DNA of 64,000 bases, taken from positions 36,704,001-36,768,000 of the forward strand of contig OX597827.1 in NCBI GenBank assembly GCA_951406725.2. The letters are read 5' to 3'. The notes under the pieces were generated by a model that did not search any database, was not told the DNA's origin, and saw nothing but the letters and a program-made list of their open reading frames with translations. The DNA is from Octopus vulgaris. Taxonomy: Eukaryota. Each line of letters opens with the position of its first letter. The stretch's first letter is position 1. The position numbers and the translations under genes are program-made. Below, one piece after another: positions 13,855 to 27,754 of this stretch.

Positions 13855-14755
13855 TACGAGTTGGTATGAAAGAGTTTCCGGACTAGTTATGTTTGATAAA
13901 AAAATAACTTATTTATCTCAGTTTAACATCATCTTCGTCAAAATAGTCGCCTAGCGCAGCAATACACTGTTTTCAACATTCCTGCCACTTTTGGAATCTG
14001 GTCTGGATGTTGTTTTCCGTAAGCAAGTTGAGGAGCTTCTGTGATGAACACTTGATCTTGACAATGATGTTAAAACGGTGACCCTTGAGCTGCGTTTTCA
14101 TTTTGAAGAAGAGATGGAAGTCCGTAAGTGCTAAATCTGGCGAATAGGATGGGTGTGGAAGTGATACCAAGTTGTTTTTGGTGAGAAACTCATGAGTGAG
14201 GAGAGCTCAGTGACAGGGTGCATTGTTGTCATGAAGAATCCAGACGTTAGGATTGCCTGCATGGACCTACATGAGAGACCAACAGCATCAGCAATGTCAT
14301 TGATTGTCCTCTGACGATCCTCATGCACAAGCTGATGAATTTTCTTCACATTTCCAGGGATGGTGCTTGTGGCAGGTCTTCGAGATCACTCATCGTCTTA
14401 CTGGGACGTTCTCCTTTTGAAGCACCCATGCCACTTGAAACAGCCCATTGCCATGTCATCATCAGCTTGCTGAAGCATGCTCAATGTCTCTGTAGCCGAC
14501 TTCTCAAGATTAACTTAAAATTTCACGTTGGCTCTTTGTTCCAACTTCCGGTCCATAACAAAAATCGCAGACTACGGCATACATGTGATCACAACGATAC
14601 AAATTTCACAACTTGCTAAGTAAACACAGAGATGCCACTTGGCACACTGCCTCATGAGAGTCCATGCTGGCTCTCTCACTACACATGCATCCACGTGAAA
14701 CCATCTGTTGGCATGCTACAGAACTAGTCCAGGAACTTTTTGATACCACCTTGTA
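13855..14755 (-). mobile_element. Internally deleted mariner
   Basis: Imperfect TIRs (tacgagttggtatgaaagagtttccggactag / ctagtccaggaactttttgataccaccttgta), PHPSYSPDLALTDFHLF, HEDRQRTINDIA. Confidence 0.9.
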
Positions 14756-15239
14756 ACTTGGCTGTTATATCTGACAATTTAACTAATCACGATGTGACTG
14801 CTATTGTTGATGTTGATACTAATGTAGTTGCTATTGTTGTTCTTGTTGTAGTGGTTGCTACCAATGTTGATGTCATTCTTACTGTTGTTGTTTATATAGT
14901 TACTACCGCTGTTGGTGTTACAGTTGCTAATGTTGCTGCTGATGTCGTGGTAGTCACTATTATACTTGTTGTAGTTGCTTGCTATTGGAATTGATGATTT
15001 TTTTTTCAGCTGGTAATTTTGGTTTTAGCTGTTGTTGTTGGTGTTGTTACCATGTTACTATTTCCCAAACCTATGTGTAAACACACTGTCTGACTTATAA
15101 ATAGAAATTATACAAAACGGAACTGAGTATTATTTATTTATTTATATTTATGAATTATTTCAGTCTATTTACTTTACTACAAAACTATAATATATTTTAG
15201 ATGTGTGTGTGTGTTTACATATGAATACATATATGAATG

Positions 15240-15309
<70 letters not shown>

Positions 15310-15393
15310 ATGAGATTAGTGATAATCAGGAGAATGGAGATTTGCACATCAATATTTTATTATACAGTTATTTACATCATTCTTCAATTAGAT

Positions 15394-15476
15394 CTACACA
15401 CGTTTCAGCTGCAAACCATTGCATACTTCTAAGTGTGCATCTTGATGTTAACTAATGGTGCAGCTTCCTCAGGGTA
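15394..15476 (-). ncRNA. Hammerhead-like motif with long stem II insertion (degenerate)
   Basis: CTGAGGA AGCTGCA-45 nt-TGCAGCT GAAA CGTG; stem I and cleavage triplet are poor; 5' half repeated at 17704-17747(+). Confidence 0.55.
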
Positions 15477-16704
15477 ATTTTTTTACTGCTGTTCGAATGT
15501 CATCTGAAGAAACTCTGATATAAAGAGAAATCAAAATTCAACAAAAAAACAAACAAAACAGAGATGTTGGAAAAGAAGATAATAAGAAAAATAATAATAA
15601 CAGTGATAGTGGTACACTATTCAGGGCAATTAAAAATAGTTAAGACAAAAATAATATAAAGATAAATAAAGATAAGAAAATGGAAAAATTGGGTAATAAC
15701 CATAGAATACTATGTAAAGTGAGGAATAATAATGATTTTAATAAAATGGAACCATAAAAACTAATAAGAAATCCTAATAGTAGTAGAAACTTTAATATAA
15801 AGTACCCTAACAGAGCAGATAATAAATATGTAAGCCTGCCTATTAAAAATACAAAAATTAATAGCGAATATGATGTAAAGCAAACCTAATAAGCTAACCA
15901 GAGAAATAGGATAAATACCTATAATGTGAACAAGAAAAATTTCTCTAGAAGTAAACTATATGATAATATGGAGTGGTATATTATTCCCTTCGATAAGGAA
16001 ATCATTTCCAACATTCTAAAATTATTCTAGTCAGCAGTAGAAAGACATTTTCCAAAAATATAGTAGGTATTATCCGATTTTTAATAAGCACAAGATTAGA
16101 AAAGCGTTTTCCAATAGTAGAAACCTAGCACAAATTATTGCACAGAATGCGAAGAGATTAAATAATTTCTATGAGAATGGTATTGATTATAATCAGAACA
16201 TAAATATCAACAGTAATGAAATAAGCATTATTGATAAATATATCATGAGAAATAGCTACAATAAGGGAAACAATACAAGGGAAGCAACTGATATTAATCC
16301 TAGGATGGGACAAGAGAGAGAAGGCATGAACGCTAGAAAGTGCAGCACTGGGAAAGTAAATGATGAAAATAAAGCTAATAACGAAACAGAGAAACAATGG
16401 AATTAAAGCAAGGGAAGTAACAAGTACTAACTCAAACACTATAACAGAAAGCGGTATCCAGGATGTAAAAAATCAAAATAGTGTAAATAACTTAAAACAT
16501 AGAAAAAATTAACCAAATAACAATAAGAGATTATAGAAGAATAAGTAGAGATAATAAGTATAATTGTGCAAAATGTAAATTATGCCCGTTAAAATTAAAT
16601 TGCAAAATAAAAGATGTCGTCTACAGGTACAAAGTAATTTCAGGAGAGGTATATTTCTACATAGGCGCTAGTTCTAGTTTCATAAAACGTAGACTAGCTA
16701 ATCA

Positions 16705-17378
16705 TAAATATCCTTCTTATAGTTAATTTTATTAAACATAATCTTAATCTTTAACCCTTTTAAAATTTTATATAGTTTTATTTTTGTAGAGGTGTTCACT
16801 TAATCCAAGTTCGTTATTTGTTTTAATTTGCCTAATTTTATCTTAATTCTAGTAGTTTGTGAAATGTATTTGCTCAAACTTCTTGAAAGTATATTTAGAT
16901 GCATGAACACATCTTAAAGCATGTTCTCGTCTACGGTTTAACAGATTAAATTTTGAGGTAAAAAAAAAAAAAAAAATAATAATAATAATAATAATAATAT
17001 GAGTTTAAGTAAATTAATTTGGTCGCTAAAAGATAATAATAGAGCATACACAATTAGCTGGAAATTAATTAGTAGAGCTAAACCGTATTGAGGAAGCAAA
17101 CGTTGTGAATTGTGTGTTGAAAAAATTTAGCAAATTTTTACCTCAAAATTTAATCTGTTAAACCGTAGACGAGAACATGCTTTAAGATGTGTTCATGCAT
17201 CTAAATATACCTTTAAGAAGTTTGAGCAAATGCATTGCACAAACTACTAGAATTAAGATTAAAACAAATATCGAACTTGGATTAAGTGAACACCTCTACA
17301 AAAATAAAACTATATAAAATTTTTGAAGGGTTGAAGATTAAGATTATGCTTAATAAAATTAACTATAAGCAGGATATT
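16705..17378. repeat. About 250-bp inverted duplication (16705-16963 vs 17135-17378)
   Basis: For example catgttctcgtctacggtttaacagattaaattttgaggtaaaa is the reverse complement of ttttacctcaaaatttaatctgttaaaccgtagacgagaacatg. Confidence 0.95.
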
Positions 17379-17745
17379 TAATTAAATACAATATAACAAG
17401 AAAATTGTAGATCTATAGATTAATAATCATAAATATAAATAGATAAGTCAAAAAGGTAATTGAATACCTTAAAATATATGAATAGCCTTCTAAATTAGTA
17501 GAATGGTAAGTTAGAATATAATACAGAAACTATGACCTACTTTAAGACCAAATCCAGCAATAAATACCTAATTGGCCGGGGTAATCTTCAGGTCATGAGA
17601 AATACGACTATTTATAGTAACACTAACACCCCATAAAAGACTCTTATTTGGTTAGTTTCATAGTTTCTTCAGATGATATTTAAACAGCAGTAAAAACATA
17701 AACCTGAGGAAGCTGCAGCGATAATTTACACCAAGATGCGCACTT

Positions 17746-20430
17746 AGCAGTTCCCAAACCATGCACTGCAGCACCGCAAGATTTAATTAGGTGCGCCTCG
17801 AAAAAGTAAGATTATATTTCAAAATATGAAAAATACAAACCGAAATACACTATTGTTCATATATAAATGTCAAAGTAGCAAAAAACTAAATACTAAGTTC
17901 TAAACTAAGAATGAGAGGTGGTTGTGTCATTCAACTCATTTAGGCTAATTATGGTATGACAGTGTTATTCGATTTTGAATCTGAAATTTCATAAGGATAA
18001 GAACTAAATTAGCATCAATCTAGAAATTGACGTCTTATGGACATATTCACTTCACGACTGTTTCAGTTTATTTCGGTCGCAGCCTCAGCAGTTTTCATTT
18101 CAATAATAAATGCGAAAATAAACCATTGAACTAAAATATACGATGTTGAACTAAATATTTTTATACGTCCTCACGTATTGCGACTGTATTTCAATATTTT
18201 TCATTCATATAGTAGCAAGAATTTTCCTTTTTTCAATAAATTTTGAAAGACTTCTCAAAAGAGTCCGATAATATGTGACACGCTGCTACTTTTCACAGCT
18301 CACTGGTCACTTATCTCAGTCGCAGTTTGATTCTGTTAGTAATCTGTGTTCTTTGTGCGAGACAATTCATATTTGACAGACTAAATTACCCATAAAATGG
18401 AAAAGTTTATTGAGGAAACAACCGTGGCGGTTATGAATCTGAAAGTGAACGTTCGTCAAAAGCAACTGAGCGTGATGATAATAATGTGAAAACTCGACCC
18501 TTTCGTGAATATTGCAACAGTTATTTAAAGTTTAGGTTCCATTGGACAAGCAACGAGGATCAACGTCTTCTGTTGTGTTGTTTGTAGTGGATAGATGTAA
18601 CGAAGGCATGTTACCCAGCAAGTTGAAAAGACATTTTATAACAAAACACTTAGATTTTCAATGTAAGGATCTGAATTATTTCAAAAGACTGCTAGAACGG
18701 CAATCTAAACAAAGAAACTATTTTGAAAAAAGGATGAATGCTTCTGAAAAGGTTCAAGTCACGTCTACTGAGATAGCCGAAATGATTGCCCTACAAACGA
18801 AAGTACATACTTTAGCCAAGTCGATTATCTTACCCACTCGTAGAAAGATGGTTAAAACCATGTTAGGTGCTGAAGCCGAGCAAGAAATAAGCAAGATTCC
18901 GCTCTCAAATAATACAATCCGCAGGAGAATTATGGATTTACCTACTGATATAGAGGAAAATGTATAGAACAAACTTCAGAACTCAGAATTTGCTCAACAG
19001 GCTGACTTATCAACTGACATTAGCAACAAAGTATAATTACTTACATTTATTCGCTTTATTGATGGTAACCAAATCATAAATCAGTTCTTTTGTTGTGAAG
19101 AAATGCCACTCACTACATGAGGTCAAGATATTTTTGACATTTTATCTGCCTACCTCGAAAAATGGAATTTATCCAGGAATTCATGTGTTGGAATATGTAC
19201 CGATGAGGTACCATCTATGATAGGCTCTATTAAAAGTTTTGTATTGCTCATACAACAGTAAAATCCTAATGTTATACGTACGCATTGCTTCCTACATAAG
19301 GTAGTACTAGTTTAAAAAACAATACCAATTTAGTTAAAGCAAGTATTAAACCAAGTTGTTGAAATGGTTAATTATATTAAAAGTAGGCCATTGAAGCGTT
19401 GCTTATTGGATATGGATTCTCAGCACAAACGCTTACCTTTACACACAAAAGTCACATGGCTCTCAAAAGGTAAGGTGCTACATCGCATACATGAACTCCA
19501 GAAGGAATTGCATGCATTTTTTGAAGAAAACATAAACGCTTCTTGGAATATCTACAATGTGAATTTTGGGTTTCCAAGCTGGAATATTTAACAGAGATAT
19601 TTGCACAACTTAAGAAGATCAACACAAGGATGCAAGGTAGTTATGAAAACATTCTCACTTCGACAGATAAGCTGGTTTCATTTAAAAAGAAAGTTCTAAT
19701 TTGGAAAAATAGGGCTGAAGTTAGTAACTTCGAAATGTTTGCCTTAATACATAAAAGAATGACTCCTATTGTATTTGAACATTTGACAAATCTGGAAGAA
19801 AAAATAAACTTTTATTTTCTGTCATTCATCACAAAAGAGTATGATTGGGTTCGAAATCCCTTCATAAAAATTTCATCTTATATTGGTCTGAAAATAAGTG
19901 ACGAAGAAGAATTTACATCTATATCCAGTGATGGCGGACTTAAAAATAAAGTATGCTGAGTTACCTATTGATATATTTTGGATTGCTATTATAGGAGAAG
20001 ACCCCTCAGTAACAAAAAAAAACAAAAAAAACGCTTTATCCATTTTCATGCAGTTATCCACATCGTATTTATGTGAGTTGGAATTTTCAACCCTCAATAA
20101 CATCAAATATAAAAAGAGAGAGAGGCTCCATTGCATTGAAGAAGAAACGAGGGTTTGTTTTTCTCAAATAATCCCAATATTGAAAACGTTTCCAAAAAAC
20201 ATCAAGCGCATGTTTCTCATTGGTAACTTTGCTTCATATATTGAATAAAGAGAAAGCACATGCAATTTTTCTGTATTTTTAATTATCTATATGTTACTTT
20301 ATAGTTTATGCAATGCTGATATGTATAAAACCTCTTTTGAATAAATTTTAGAATTTAAGTACAAAGTGTGCCAAAATATTTTGACTACTTGTAAGGTGTG
20401 CCGTGAGTAAAAAAAATTTGGGAACCATTG
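17746..20430 (+). mobile_element. Buster-type hAT transposon (ZBED5/SCAND3-like), decayed
   Basis: Ends cagttcccaaa...tttgggaaccattg; transposase pieces PSKLKRHF, IPLSNNTIRRRI, THCFLH, WLSKGKVL, WVRNPF, STSYLCELEFS. Confidence 0.92.
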
Positions 20431-20707
20431 GTCTTAGTGAAGAGTGATGTAAATAACTGTATAATAAAATATGGATGTGCAAATCTTCATTCTTCTGATC
20501 GTCATTAATTTCATTACTTTCTCTATGGAAACTACGCAGTCCCTAAAAGGATAGTGAGGATAATAATTCAGTTTTGTAAATTTTCAACTTGAGTTTCACC
20601 AGCATTCATTGTGGCAGCCGGCATTAAGAACTGATATATAAGAGTTAACACGGTAACCGCCAGGGTTATGTATCTCTTAAAATCTTTCTTGGATATATTT
20701 ATATACA

Positions 20708-20852
20708 TAGTAGCAGAGGCGTCTGGTGTTGCCTGGGAATTAAATTGTTCCTTATATATTGGAAGAAAAAGAAGTAAAACATGTATAGAAATTTGCTATT
20801 CTAAATTCAATTTATTCTTTAACTAGGAAATCAATTCTGAATTCATAATAGA

Positions 20853-20901
<49 letters not shown>

Positions 20902-22160
20902 CGAAAATACAAAATTTATCCCTTTTATGAAAGGAGATAAATTCTGTTGAAGGAAATTACGTAAGAACTTCTGGGCAAAAAACATTCTTTCGTTTTCTTG
21001 TTTGGCATACAGACAAATAAGTCTTGCAAACTACCAACCCTGGGGCAACCAACATAAAGTTAACCATGAGAAAAGCAAGCCAGTAGATTTTGAAATCTGA
21101 CCTTGAGCTTTATTTATAGATATTGCAAAGTAAAGTCGCACTGGGAATTGTGTTCGTTTGAACTCAAATAGCATGTCGGTTGGTTTGATTGGAATTCTTG
21201 GAATGAAAGCTCCTTCCCCAGAGGTACATCCAGTGATGATGGTATCACATTAGGTGATAATGTCTTCACAATCAACTTGGTCCCATTGCATAATTTAGGA
21301 GGATCTAAATTTCTTAGAAGCATTATTAAGATTCATAACTTCAGGTGGCTCAAGAGAATTAAGGAACTCTGCTGTGTTTTTCATCAAGGAATGAATCAAC
21401 TGATTTGCACTCCTTAATCGGAATCCTATTTGTTAATTCATGGTTAATCTTTGCTACTGTCTCATTTTTTGGAGCATAAATTGTCCTTTCACACAACCAT
21501 TTATGCAAATTATAATTATTAAGTCTGTTTTTCAATTCAGCTGGGGAATTCACCATGATAGCAATACAAGCCAAACTGATATCACCATTCCCATCAAATG
21601 GTACTTTCCCATTTCCTAATTGGAGGAGCCAGGTTGGAAACTGCTCTGCTCGTACGTCAGTTCTGAAAGAAAATTTCTGTACTTTGTTCCATAGGTGTGA
21701 AAACTTAATGCATGCTTTTATTTCATCAGGTCTTGTTTGTCTTGGAATAACTATTAATGTTAGTCTGAAGTCTCTGATAAAACTAATGTAACTCCTCCCA
21801 TAGATTTATTGTTGCCTCTGATGTCCTGTAAGGTCTTATCAAGAGCTTCCATTGCACCTCTATGTGACATGATGCATTCATCCAAATAATAAGGTGGCAT
21901 TGGCACAATACTTCTGCTGAACTCGAATCTTTGCTTATGTTACAGATTGGACTGTCATTTGTGACCAATTTTAGCGGTAATTTAAAAGCAGAATGAGCTG
22001 TTCGTCCTCCTGGGAGAATGGTGGCTGCAAAGCCAGACAGTGCTACAGTAACTGCAATTCGTTTGGAGAGAAGCAATGTTGTTACAGATGTTTTACCTGT
22101 GCCACTAGGAACATCAAGAAAGAAAATTCCTCTGCTTTTTTCTGGCGATTGTGGAACGCC
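20708..22160 (-). mobile_element. Helitron 3' part (Pif1-like helicase remnant plus 3' hairpin end)
   Basis: FFLDVPSGTGKT, GGRTAHSAFKLP, MLLRNLDPPKLCNGT; end tagtagcagaggcgtctggtgttgcctggg is the reverse complement of a hairpin-CTAG-like terminus. Confidence 0.9.
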
Positions 22161-22164
22161 GCAT

Positions 22165-22205
<41 letters not shown>

Positions 22206-23029
22206 GATACATATACATGCATTATCAAATATTAGATAAAACGGACGTGTGTGTGTGTGCGTGCGAGAGAGAGAGAGCGAGAGAATATATCCTTTTTGTA
22301 TGTATGTGTACGTGTGTATGAGAGAGAGAAAGAGAGAGTGAGTGCCACTTGGACATCACTCTCTCTCTCACACACACATGCACACGTGCACACAAAAAGA
22401 TGTGTGCATATGTATTTATTTTTGTACGTGTACATGACAAGAAACCCCTTCACTCACTCTCACACACACACACATGAATGTATACAAACGTACATACAAA
22501 ACACATATGTGCGTGTGTAACTGACTACAAACACATAGAGCTGAACACGGTAAATAAAAAAAAAATTATGGAAATTAACGAAGTGTGCGAGTTCAAGCAA
22601 AAGAATACCCATATTTTTTGGATACCCTATGTTGAATTGCAAAATTTTAATGTGATATTTGTGTAATAACGAAATCCAGCCTGGAGTGTGTGTGAGAGAG
22701 AGAGAGAGAGGGGGGGAGAGATCATTGCAAACAATGAATGAGATAAACATGAACGCAAAAAAAATCGTATGAATAAAAGCACGTTAAAAACTATCTTGTA
22801 CCGAATATTTAAATTTGTGAACTTGGTAAATATTTATTTCAGTAATTTATCATAGCTGTTTACAAATAGCGAATTTGTAAACAACTGAAATGAAAACAAT
22901 GAAATTAGACGGGGACAGACTTCGCCTTTTTTTGTCAATAGCGGAAGGTGACATTGAGAAACCTTTTTTTTAAAATATAAAGTAATATTATTTATTCTTA
23001 ATAAAAAAATAAACTGATGACTCTATTAG

Positions 23030-24520
23030 GTATCCGAGGTCAAATTATTCATAGCCATATACATAGGATCAACCAAAAATGTTAAGCAACGATACGCCGC
23101 TCACCTCCATTCTTTTCGATACGATAAACATAGTAAATCTACAACACTCGCCAACCACATACATCATCTCAAAAATACAAATATACCCTATTCTCTATCA
23201 TGGTCCATACTAGATTCAGGGCTTCCCTACCGAGGTCAACGCCCAATCTTCAAGCTTTGCCTGAAGGAGGCACTTCATATATTAAAGCACAACTCTCCAG
23301 CACTGCTAAATAAACATAATGAGGCACTAAGCACATGCAACCACCGCTTTTTTCACACGTTCAAATTCTACCACAAATCCAAATGCCTAAATGACTATAC
23401 AGTATATTTCCACAATACCCCTTAGGTATAACCTTATAAATCTACATTTTAACTCCCAATCCCTATCTAATTCCTCTTTCATACTCGAATATCACAACCA
23501 TCTAATTATATTCGTGTATATATGCATGCATACATATGTGCGTGTGTATGTATGTGTGTGTGTGTGTGTATGTGTGAATGTATATATGTATGCAAGGAAT
23601 ATATACCTGCGTGTGCAAGATAATACATACAGATACACGTATTCATGGGTATACATATGTACATATGATATGAGTACGATCTGTATGTGTAGATGTTGAT
23701 ATGTATAAATATTGTATAAATATATATATATATATGCATGTTTAATATATGCATCTCTATACTTCTTCACATATTTTCTTCTACTACTAAGCATTGAGCT
23801 TCCAACCAACCTAATCTGTATTCCCAAATTCTTCATTCCACCATATTACTACCCCTATCCCCTCTCTCTACCCCATCACTTAGGCTCTATCATTACATAC
23901 CTGACACTCCTTTTCTTTTTACACGATTATATATATATATATATCTCTATTACCCCATTCCTTCTATCTGACACTCCTTTACTCTTTACCCTATTTACAA
24001 TCCCATATCTTTCTCTCTCTATCATCCTCACCTCCCCATTCCTACTATCAATTTATCTTGACTGACCACTAACAGGTACACTTTCCCTCTCTTCATCTCT
24101 TTATTATCTCTCTCCTGGCTTTTCTTTTGCTTTCTTTTTTCTTCCTTCTTTGTTCCTCTCTTTCTGTTTTCGATTTGACCTTACAAATATATTTCCTACT
24201 TTAAGGTCACTTTAAATAAAACCTCGATTCAATAGCACTGTATACAAACTCTATACTTAGAATGACCAATTTGAAATACTATTGGAATTTACTTATAAGG
24301 TATTGGAATCTTATATGTATACCATTCTGCCTAAATAATGGACCTACGAATGCAATATCCCTGCATATCTCACATCTATTTTCATTCCTTCACTTCACTC
24401 TCTATTTCATATCTTATCTAAAATAACTATTGCTTAACCATCTTCTCACACCGTTTCCGATGAAGGGATATATAAAATATACCGGAAACAGCTGTAAGAC
24501 CTATTCTGAAAAAAAGTTTT
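23030..24520 (+). mobile_element. 5'-truncated Neptune-like PLE
   Basis: YIGSTKNVKQRYAAHLHSFRYDKHSKSTTLANHIHHLK...WSILD...KLCLKE...LLNKHNEALSTCNHR (about 23070-23390); 3' region ends in an HHR, then (TA)n. Confidence 0.85.
24453..24500 (+). ncRNA. Type I hammerhead, CCGAUGA variant, palindromic stem III CAGCUG
   Basis: GTTT CCGATGA aGGgATAT-ataaa-ATATaCCg GAAA CAGCTG TA AGAC. Confidence 0.65.
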
Positions 24521-24544
24521 TGTATATATATGTATATATATATA

Positions 24545-24635
<91 letters not shown>

Positions 24636-26049
24636 CGAGCTTCTTTCACTTTCTGCCTAGCAAATTAACTCACAAAGTTTTGGTCAGCCTGATGCTATCA
24701 CAAAAGACACTTTCCTAAGGTGCCACGCAGTGGGACTGAAGCTGGAACCATGTGGTTGGGAAGCAAGCTTCATGCTACACAGCTACGCCTGCGCCTATAT
24801 ATGTGTATGTGTGTGTGTGTGTACATACATACTTGTATATTTTCATATGGGTTTAGTGAAGTCTGGTCTCAGGATGCTGAACCTTATAAAGGGGATAATA
24901 TAAGACTGTAGTAAGAAGAGAGGTACAATTCTGGAGAAGACCTGTTCAACCCTCACAAACATGGAAAATGGTTGTAATGTGGTCATGACAGCAACAATAC
25001 TAACGTTAATGATGACAACAATGATGATGATGGTGGTTGTGGTGATAATGGTGATGATGTTGATAATGAGACATACATATTTACAATTAATCAACACATT
25101 TTTTGGTGATATAAATAGTAATATATCTTCTTGTTTAGTGTCTGCTGCTCTATGCAATTACTGTTATGTTATTGTTGGTATTTGGAATCAACTTATCAAT
25201 CTTTATATCGTCCCCACCCACATTTCATTATGTGAGATTATATTAACCTTACCAGTTTCAACCCTAAGCTCAGTTCAGGATACAGTCCTATCTTCTGCTA
25301 TTTTTGTTGTTGTTCTTGTTGTTTCTGCTGCTGTTGTTGTTGTAGACAGAAAAATGGCAATGCTGCTAAGCATTTTGCTCATCTTTACATATTGAGTTCA
25401 AATTCTGCTGAGGCTGACTTTGCCATTCGTCCTTTTGGAGGAAAATAAAGTAAGTACCAGTCAAACACAAAGGTTGATGTAACTGAATATCTCCTCCCAC
25501 CAAATCTCAGGCCAGGCCTTGAACCTATAGTAAAAAGGTTCCCCAATGGCAACAAGCAGCAATATACAGTCCAGTTTTGCAACTCAATCAAGTCATTCTT
25601 AGAAACTTAATTGTGATTTCCTTATGCTCCTACGTTAGCTAATTAAATTGAACTTATTGATTGGTTAATCTAGAATTTATCAGTAATTTGATTGAGCTTG
25701 AATGCAAGTGCAGAGGTGATAGACTGACTGGTGTGGTAGAGTGGTGGAATCTGCAGAAGAGGTGATGGGGTGGCAGAACTCGTACCACATAAGACTAATA
25801 TCTCCTGGCATTTTATTATGTATCTATATGTTCTCAGTTCAAATTCTGCCAGGATCTATATTATCTCAGTGCCTTCCACAATCAATAAATTAAGTCACAG
25901 TCCTCTCACTGAAATCAGTAGAAGAATAGGAGAATGAGATATGAGGGTTAATGCCAGCTTAGAAAAATCATTTTTACTGTTACTAATATATCAAAACAGA
26001 GGTAAATGATTTTCGTGAAGACTTAATCCAACATCTGGTTTAACACCAT

Positions 26050-27150
26050 ACCTGGTCCTTAGGTCATCCATTATTTAAACGGCCATGAATCAGATAAGCT
26101 TAGGAAGGATCTTATTGCTTTCTTCCAAAGGATGGGCTTATGGGTTAGGATAGATACTAACCTGAAAAGTGTAGCTTTTTTAGATGTAAATTTGGATTTA
26201 CAGTCGGATAAATTTAAACCTTACCATAAGCCTAATGATAAGCTATCTTATATTAGCAAAGAATCCAGTTATCCACCAGTTATTCTTAGGAACTTAGTCA
26301 ATAATGTAGGTAGACGAATATCATCAATTTCTTTGGATGAAGCCGCATTCCAAAATGCCGTACCTTATTACAATAGCGCATTAAGGAATAGTGGATTCTC
26401 TGAGAAGATCCAGTATAACCAACTTAATTCTAGCAGTAATGCTACACGTAGAACTAGGACTAGGAAAGTTTTGTGGTTTAACCCAGCTTTCAATATGGCC
26501 GTAAAAACAAATACAGGTGGGGAATTCTTAAAATTAGTCTCTAGACATTTTCAACCTGACCATAAGTTTTATAGAATATTTAATAAAAGAACACTAAAGA
26601 TCAGCTATTCTTGCTTCCAAAACTTCGCCTCTTTTATTAACCAACACAACAGTAGGATAATTGCTAATTACCATAGTGCTGATTCTCTTCTTAAAAATTG
26701 TAATTGCAAAGATGGGTCCTCCTGTCTGTTGGAAGGAATATGTCTGGAGAAAGGAATCGTGTATAGAGCCAAGGTGCAGATAGAAGGCTCACGCGAATAT
26801 AGAACTTATACAGGGGCTTCCGAAAACTTTTTCAAAACCCGATTTTATTCGCATAAAAATTCCTTCAGATACCCCAAAAATAGGACGAAGACCAGCCTGG
26901 CAAAATATTTCTGGGAATTAAAGGAAAAAGAAGTCCGACCTTTCAACGTGACATGGAGTATTTTGGATAGAGCTACACCTTACAGGCATGGTGCACCTAA
27001 AAGACCCATCAAATGTGATTTATGCCTGCTGGTAAAATATTTCATTTTATTCCAGGAAATAACTCTTTAAATCAAAGACGCGAACTCTTGAATTCTTGCA
27101 GACACGCAACAAAATTTAAAATATCGGCTAGCAATATACCATATGGATAG
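26050..27150 (+). pseudogene. Neptune-like PLE RT C-terminus, Cys linker and GIY-YIG endonuclease (ORF 26132-27070)
   Basis: VAFLDVNLD, PYHKPN, VLWFNPAFN, CNCKDGSSCLLEGIC, GIVY...TYTGASENFFKTRFYSHKNSF, KCDLCL; frameshifted tail ends ...NIPYG* at 27150. Confidence 0.92.
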
Positions 27151-27649
27151 TGTATATTTTTAATTCTTGGACTAGTTTTTAATCACACTGTTGGATTTGT
27201 TTGTTATTATGCATGATTTATTTCGCATCACAAAGTTATTGTATATATTTTGACTTATTTCTTAAGAAAAACCTTCGACTGTTATATGCAAATATTATTT
27301 TCTTGTTTAAAATTCTACTTTTATTTTCATTTTATTGTATTTTATAAACCCATTTTAATCGTTTAATATATAGATAATTCGATATAGGGTGTTCTATTTT
27401 GCATGTCTTTTATCCGAATTTCAGGGACAACTTCCTCTCTGCGCATTTTTGGATAAGAGAGGTCACCTTGTTCATCACCTCTTCTCAATTCTTATGCACC
27501 TGGAGGATGGGACCAAACCAGATCCCGAGCAGTTTCACTGGTCCATCAGTCCAGCGTCCAACGATGCCATCCGATGGAATTGATCTACCTCTCCAGGTGC
27601 CCAGTCACAATCCTACTGACTTGCCGGCATTAATTTTAGCCTATAATAA

Positions 27650-27651
27650 TA

Positions 27652-27686
<35 letters not shown>

Positions 27687-27722
27687 GAGGAGGAGGAGAA
27701 GAAGAAGAAGAAGAAGAAGAAG

Positions 27723-27752
<30 letters not shown>
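27650..27752. repeat. Compound trinucleotide tract (GAT)n(GAG)n(GAA)n
   Basis: Direct inspection. Confidence 0.95.

Positions 27753-27754
<2 letters not shown>

Larger units (their letters stand above)
15308..20517 (+). mobile_element. Neptune-like PLE with inverted pseudo-LTRs, interrupted by a hAT
   Basis: Left arm 15308-15514 is the reverse complement of 17662-17747 plus 20437-20517. Internal GIY-YIG remnants YNCAKCKLCPLKLNCKIKDVVYRYKVISGEVYFYIGASSSFIKRRLANHKY (about 16560-16710) and SLSKLIWSLKD...ISWKLISRAKPY*GSKRCELC (about 17000-17120). Confidence 0.85.

Noticed and set aside
14740-14994. Val-rich ORF (also 24961-25395 and 38009-38342)
   Set aside because: Degenerate (GTT/GGT/GAT)n trinucleotide tracts.
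27520-27556. Minus-strand CTGATGG...GAAAC motif
   Set aside because: G at position 9, 2-bp stem II and no stem III palindrome.
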